From NCBI GenBank assembly GCA_013378385.1, contig JACAFS010000051.1, forward strand, positions 1-6,763: a stretch of 6,763 nt of DNA, read 5' to 3'. Position 1 is the first letter of the stretch. Every line of letters begins with the position of its first letter. Shown piece after piece: positions 5,482 to 6,763 of this stretch. The DNA is from Nitrososphaerota archaeon. Lineage in GTDB: Archaea > Thermoproteota > Nitrososphaeria > Nitrososphaerales > UBA57. Both the position numbers and the translations under genes were made by a program. The notes under the pieces are model-generated. The model searched no databases and was not told the DNA's origin. It saw nothing but the letters and a program-made list of their open reading frames with translations.

Positions 5482-6763
5482 ATGTTCAAATTTGCACATA
5501 TGGCAGATATACACATCGGAGCGCACAAAGACAAAAGATTGATTGATTTAGAGATTGAGGCATTCAATGAGTCAATAGATGTTTGCATAAAAGAAGAAGT
5601 AAAATTCATCATTATTGCAGGGGATTTCTTCGATAAACCAGTTCCTGAACTTGAACAGGTTAGAAAGATAATAAAAAAATTGATCGGATTATCGGAATTG
5701 AACATTCCAGTATATGTTATCTACGGAAGTCATGATTATAGTCCAGGTCAAGATTCAATGATAGATTTGTTGGAAGCAGCTAAACTAATCATTAGAATTT
5801 ATAATCCGAAATCAGTAGATGGTAAAATAAGATTAGAAATGCATCAAGATAAAGAAACAGGTGTGAAATTAGCAGGAATATCTGCGAGAAAAGTAGGATT
5901 AGAAAAAGCATATTTCGAGAAATTAGATAGAGAACATCTTGAAAATCAAGATGGGTTAAAAATTTTTGTGTTTCATAGTGGAATTGAAGAGTTCAAACCA
6001 GGTTTTTTGAAAGGTGCGATGGACATGGAATGTATTCCAATAAATTGGTTCCCAAAAGGTTTCGACTATTATGCAGGAGGTCATATTCATAAAAGAGATG
6101 AATTTAATATTCAAAATTATCAGAACATAATATTTCCAGGACCATTATTCATAGGTTGGGGAACAAAAGATTACACAGATGTATCAAAGGGAGAGAAGAG
6201 AGGGTTCTACATCGTATCTTGTGAAAACAATAAGATAATTGAGAATGGAATAAAGTTTATTGAGATGAATAAGATAGAAGGTAAATTTATTGAGTTTGAT
6301 GATGTTACTGGAAAGAGAGCAAAACAAGTTAATGAAGAGATAAATAAGAAATTAGAAGAGGAAGATGTAGATAACAAGCTAGTAACAATAAGAATTTTTG
6401 GAGAATTACTTTCTGGAAATAAAGCAGACATAGACACTAGTGCAATAAGAAAATTATTAACCAATAAAAATGCCATAGCGCCACAAATTAATGATCGTAA
6501 AGTAACTACAAAAGAAGTAAGGAAGATAAGAATGTCGAGTGAAGATAAATTAGAAATAGAAGAAGAATTATTCAAAGAAAGTATCATCAACATAAAGCCT
6601 GAAAGTCATTCATTACAAAATGAAAAAGGAATAATCATGGCAAAAGAACTACTAAAAATACTAAAAAAGTCGCCCAAAGATTCGAGTGGAAAGAATTCTA
6701 CAGCCTTACAAAACAAGATAACAAAATCAAGTATAGAAATACTCGGAATATCGGATATAATGG
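5482..6763 (+). CDS. mre11: Mre11 / SbcD-family DNA double-strand-break repair nuclease (calcineurin-like metallophosphoesterase); 3' end lies beyond the window
   Basis: This ORF is not in the supplied track because it has no stop in the window. Hand translation from ATG 5482 is open for 427 codons to base 6763: MFKFAHMADIHIGAHKDKRLIDLEIEAFNESIDVCIKEEVKFIIIAGDFFDKPVPELEQV...NIPVYVIYGSHDYSPG...LKIFVFHSGIEEF...FDYYAGGHIHKRDEF...IIFPGPLF.... The phosphoesterase motifs are I D-x-H (ADIHIG), II GD-x-x-D (AGDFFD), III G-S-H-D (variant of GNHD), IV H (VFHSG) and V G-H-x-H (GGHIH). The ATG lies 11 nt after the herA stop, with GAGG at 5469-5472. Confidence 0.9.
   Translation, partial: MFKFAHMADIHIGAHKDKRLIDLEIEAFNESIDVCIKEEVKFIIIAGDFFDKPVPELEQVRKIIKKLIGLSELNIPVYVIYGSHDYSPGQDSMIDLLEAAKLIIRIYNPKSVDGKIRLEMHQDKETGVKLAGISARKVGLEKAYFEKLDREHLENQDGLKIFVFHSGIEEFKPGFLKGAMDMECIPINWFPKGFDYYAGGHIHKRDEFNIQNYQNIIFPGPLFIGWGTKDYTDVSKGEKRGFYIVSCENNKIIENGIKFIEMNKIEGKFIEFDDVTGKRAKQVNEEINKKLEEEDVDNKLVTIRIFGELLSGNKADIDTSAIRKLLTNKNAIAPQINDRKVTTKEVRKIRMSSEDKLEIEEELFKESIINIKPESHSLQNEKGIIMAKELLKILKKSPKDSSGKNSTALQNKITKSSIEILGISDIM

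Noticed and set aside
5131-5705. Minus-strand ORFs 5131-5394 and 5385-5705 across the herA-mre11 junction
   Set aside because: They are antisense to the HerA arginine-finger region and to Mre11 motifs I-II, both of which are clearly coding on the plus strand. These are typical AT-rich antisense artefacts.
6207-6593. 128-aa minus-strand ORF, the only track ORF in this region
   Set aside because: The plus strand here is the continuous mre11 frame, verified codon by codon from 5482. The antisense product is an S/L/I/N-rich low-complexity string.
1-6763. Search for CRISPR repeats, tRNA/rRNA-like GC-rich islands, terminal inverted repeats, and integrase or transposase genes
   Set aside because: None were seen on either strand. 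Every sizeable interval is accounted for by the six CDSs, and the four spacers are at most 83 bp.

Overview
This is an AT-rich window (about one third GC by eye, not computed). It is densely coding with short intergenic spacers and looks like core chromosome of an archaeon. Six genes are supported. (1) 1-294 (+) is the 3' end of a PFK-A family 6-phosphofructokinase. (2) 369/378-2096 (+) is a full-length eukaryote-type DNA topoisomerase IB with all five catalytic residues recognisable. (3) 2105-2638 (-) is a convergent thioredoxin-fold CxxC (PRX-like) protein. (4-6) From 2722 to the window end there is a co-directional nurA -> herA -> mre11 cluster. This is the archaeal double-strand-break end-resection module, and rad50 is expected just downstream of the window. 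The mre11 ORF (5482-6763) is absent from the supplied ORF track because it has no stop codon inside the window. I translated it by hand and it stays open for 427 codons. A long-form Topo IB together with NurA/HerA/Mre11 fits Nitrososphaerota (Thaumarchaeota) best, but that placement is inference. I found no tRNA or rRNA, CRISPR array, transposase or integrase, terminal repeats, or defence-island signature. My honest reading is conserved housekeeping DNA metabolism rather than a novel system. The points worth a second look are residue-level deviations. Topo IB carries a C-x2-C-x12-C-x5-H insertion in its coiled-coil linker. Mre11 has GSHD instead of GNHD in phosphoesterase motif III. NurA has Asp at the position I recall as the catalytic His. 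There are also some organisational details: nurA comes first in the cluster, nurA and herA use TTG starts, and the convergent gene pair is separated by only 8 bp.
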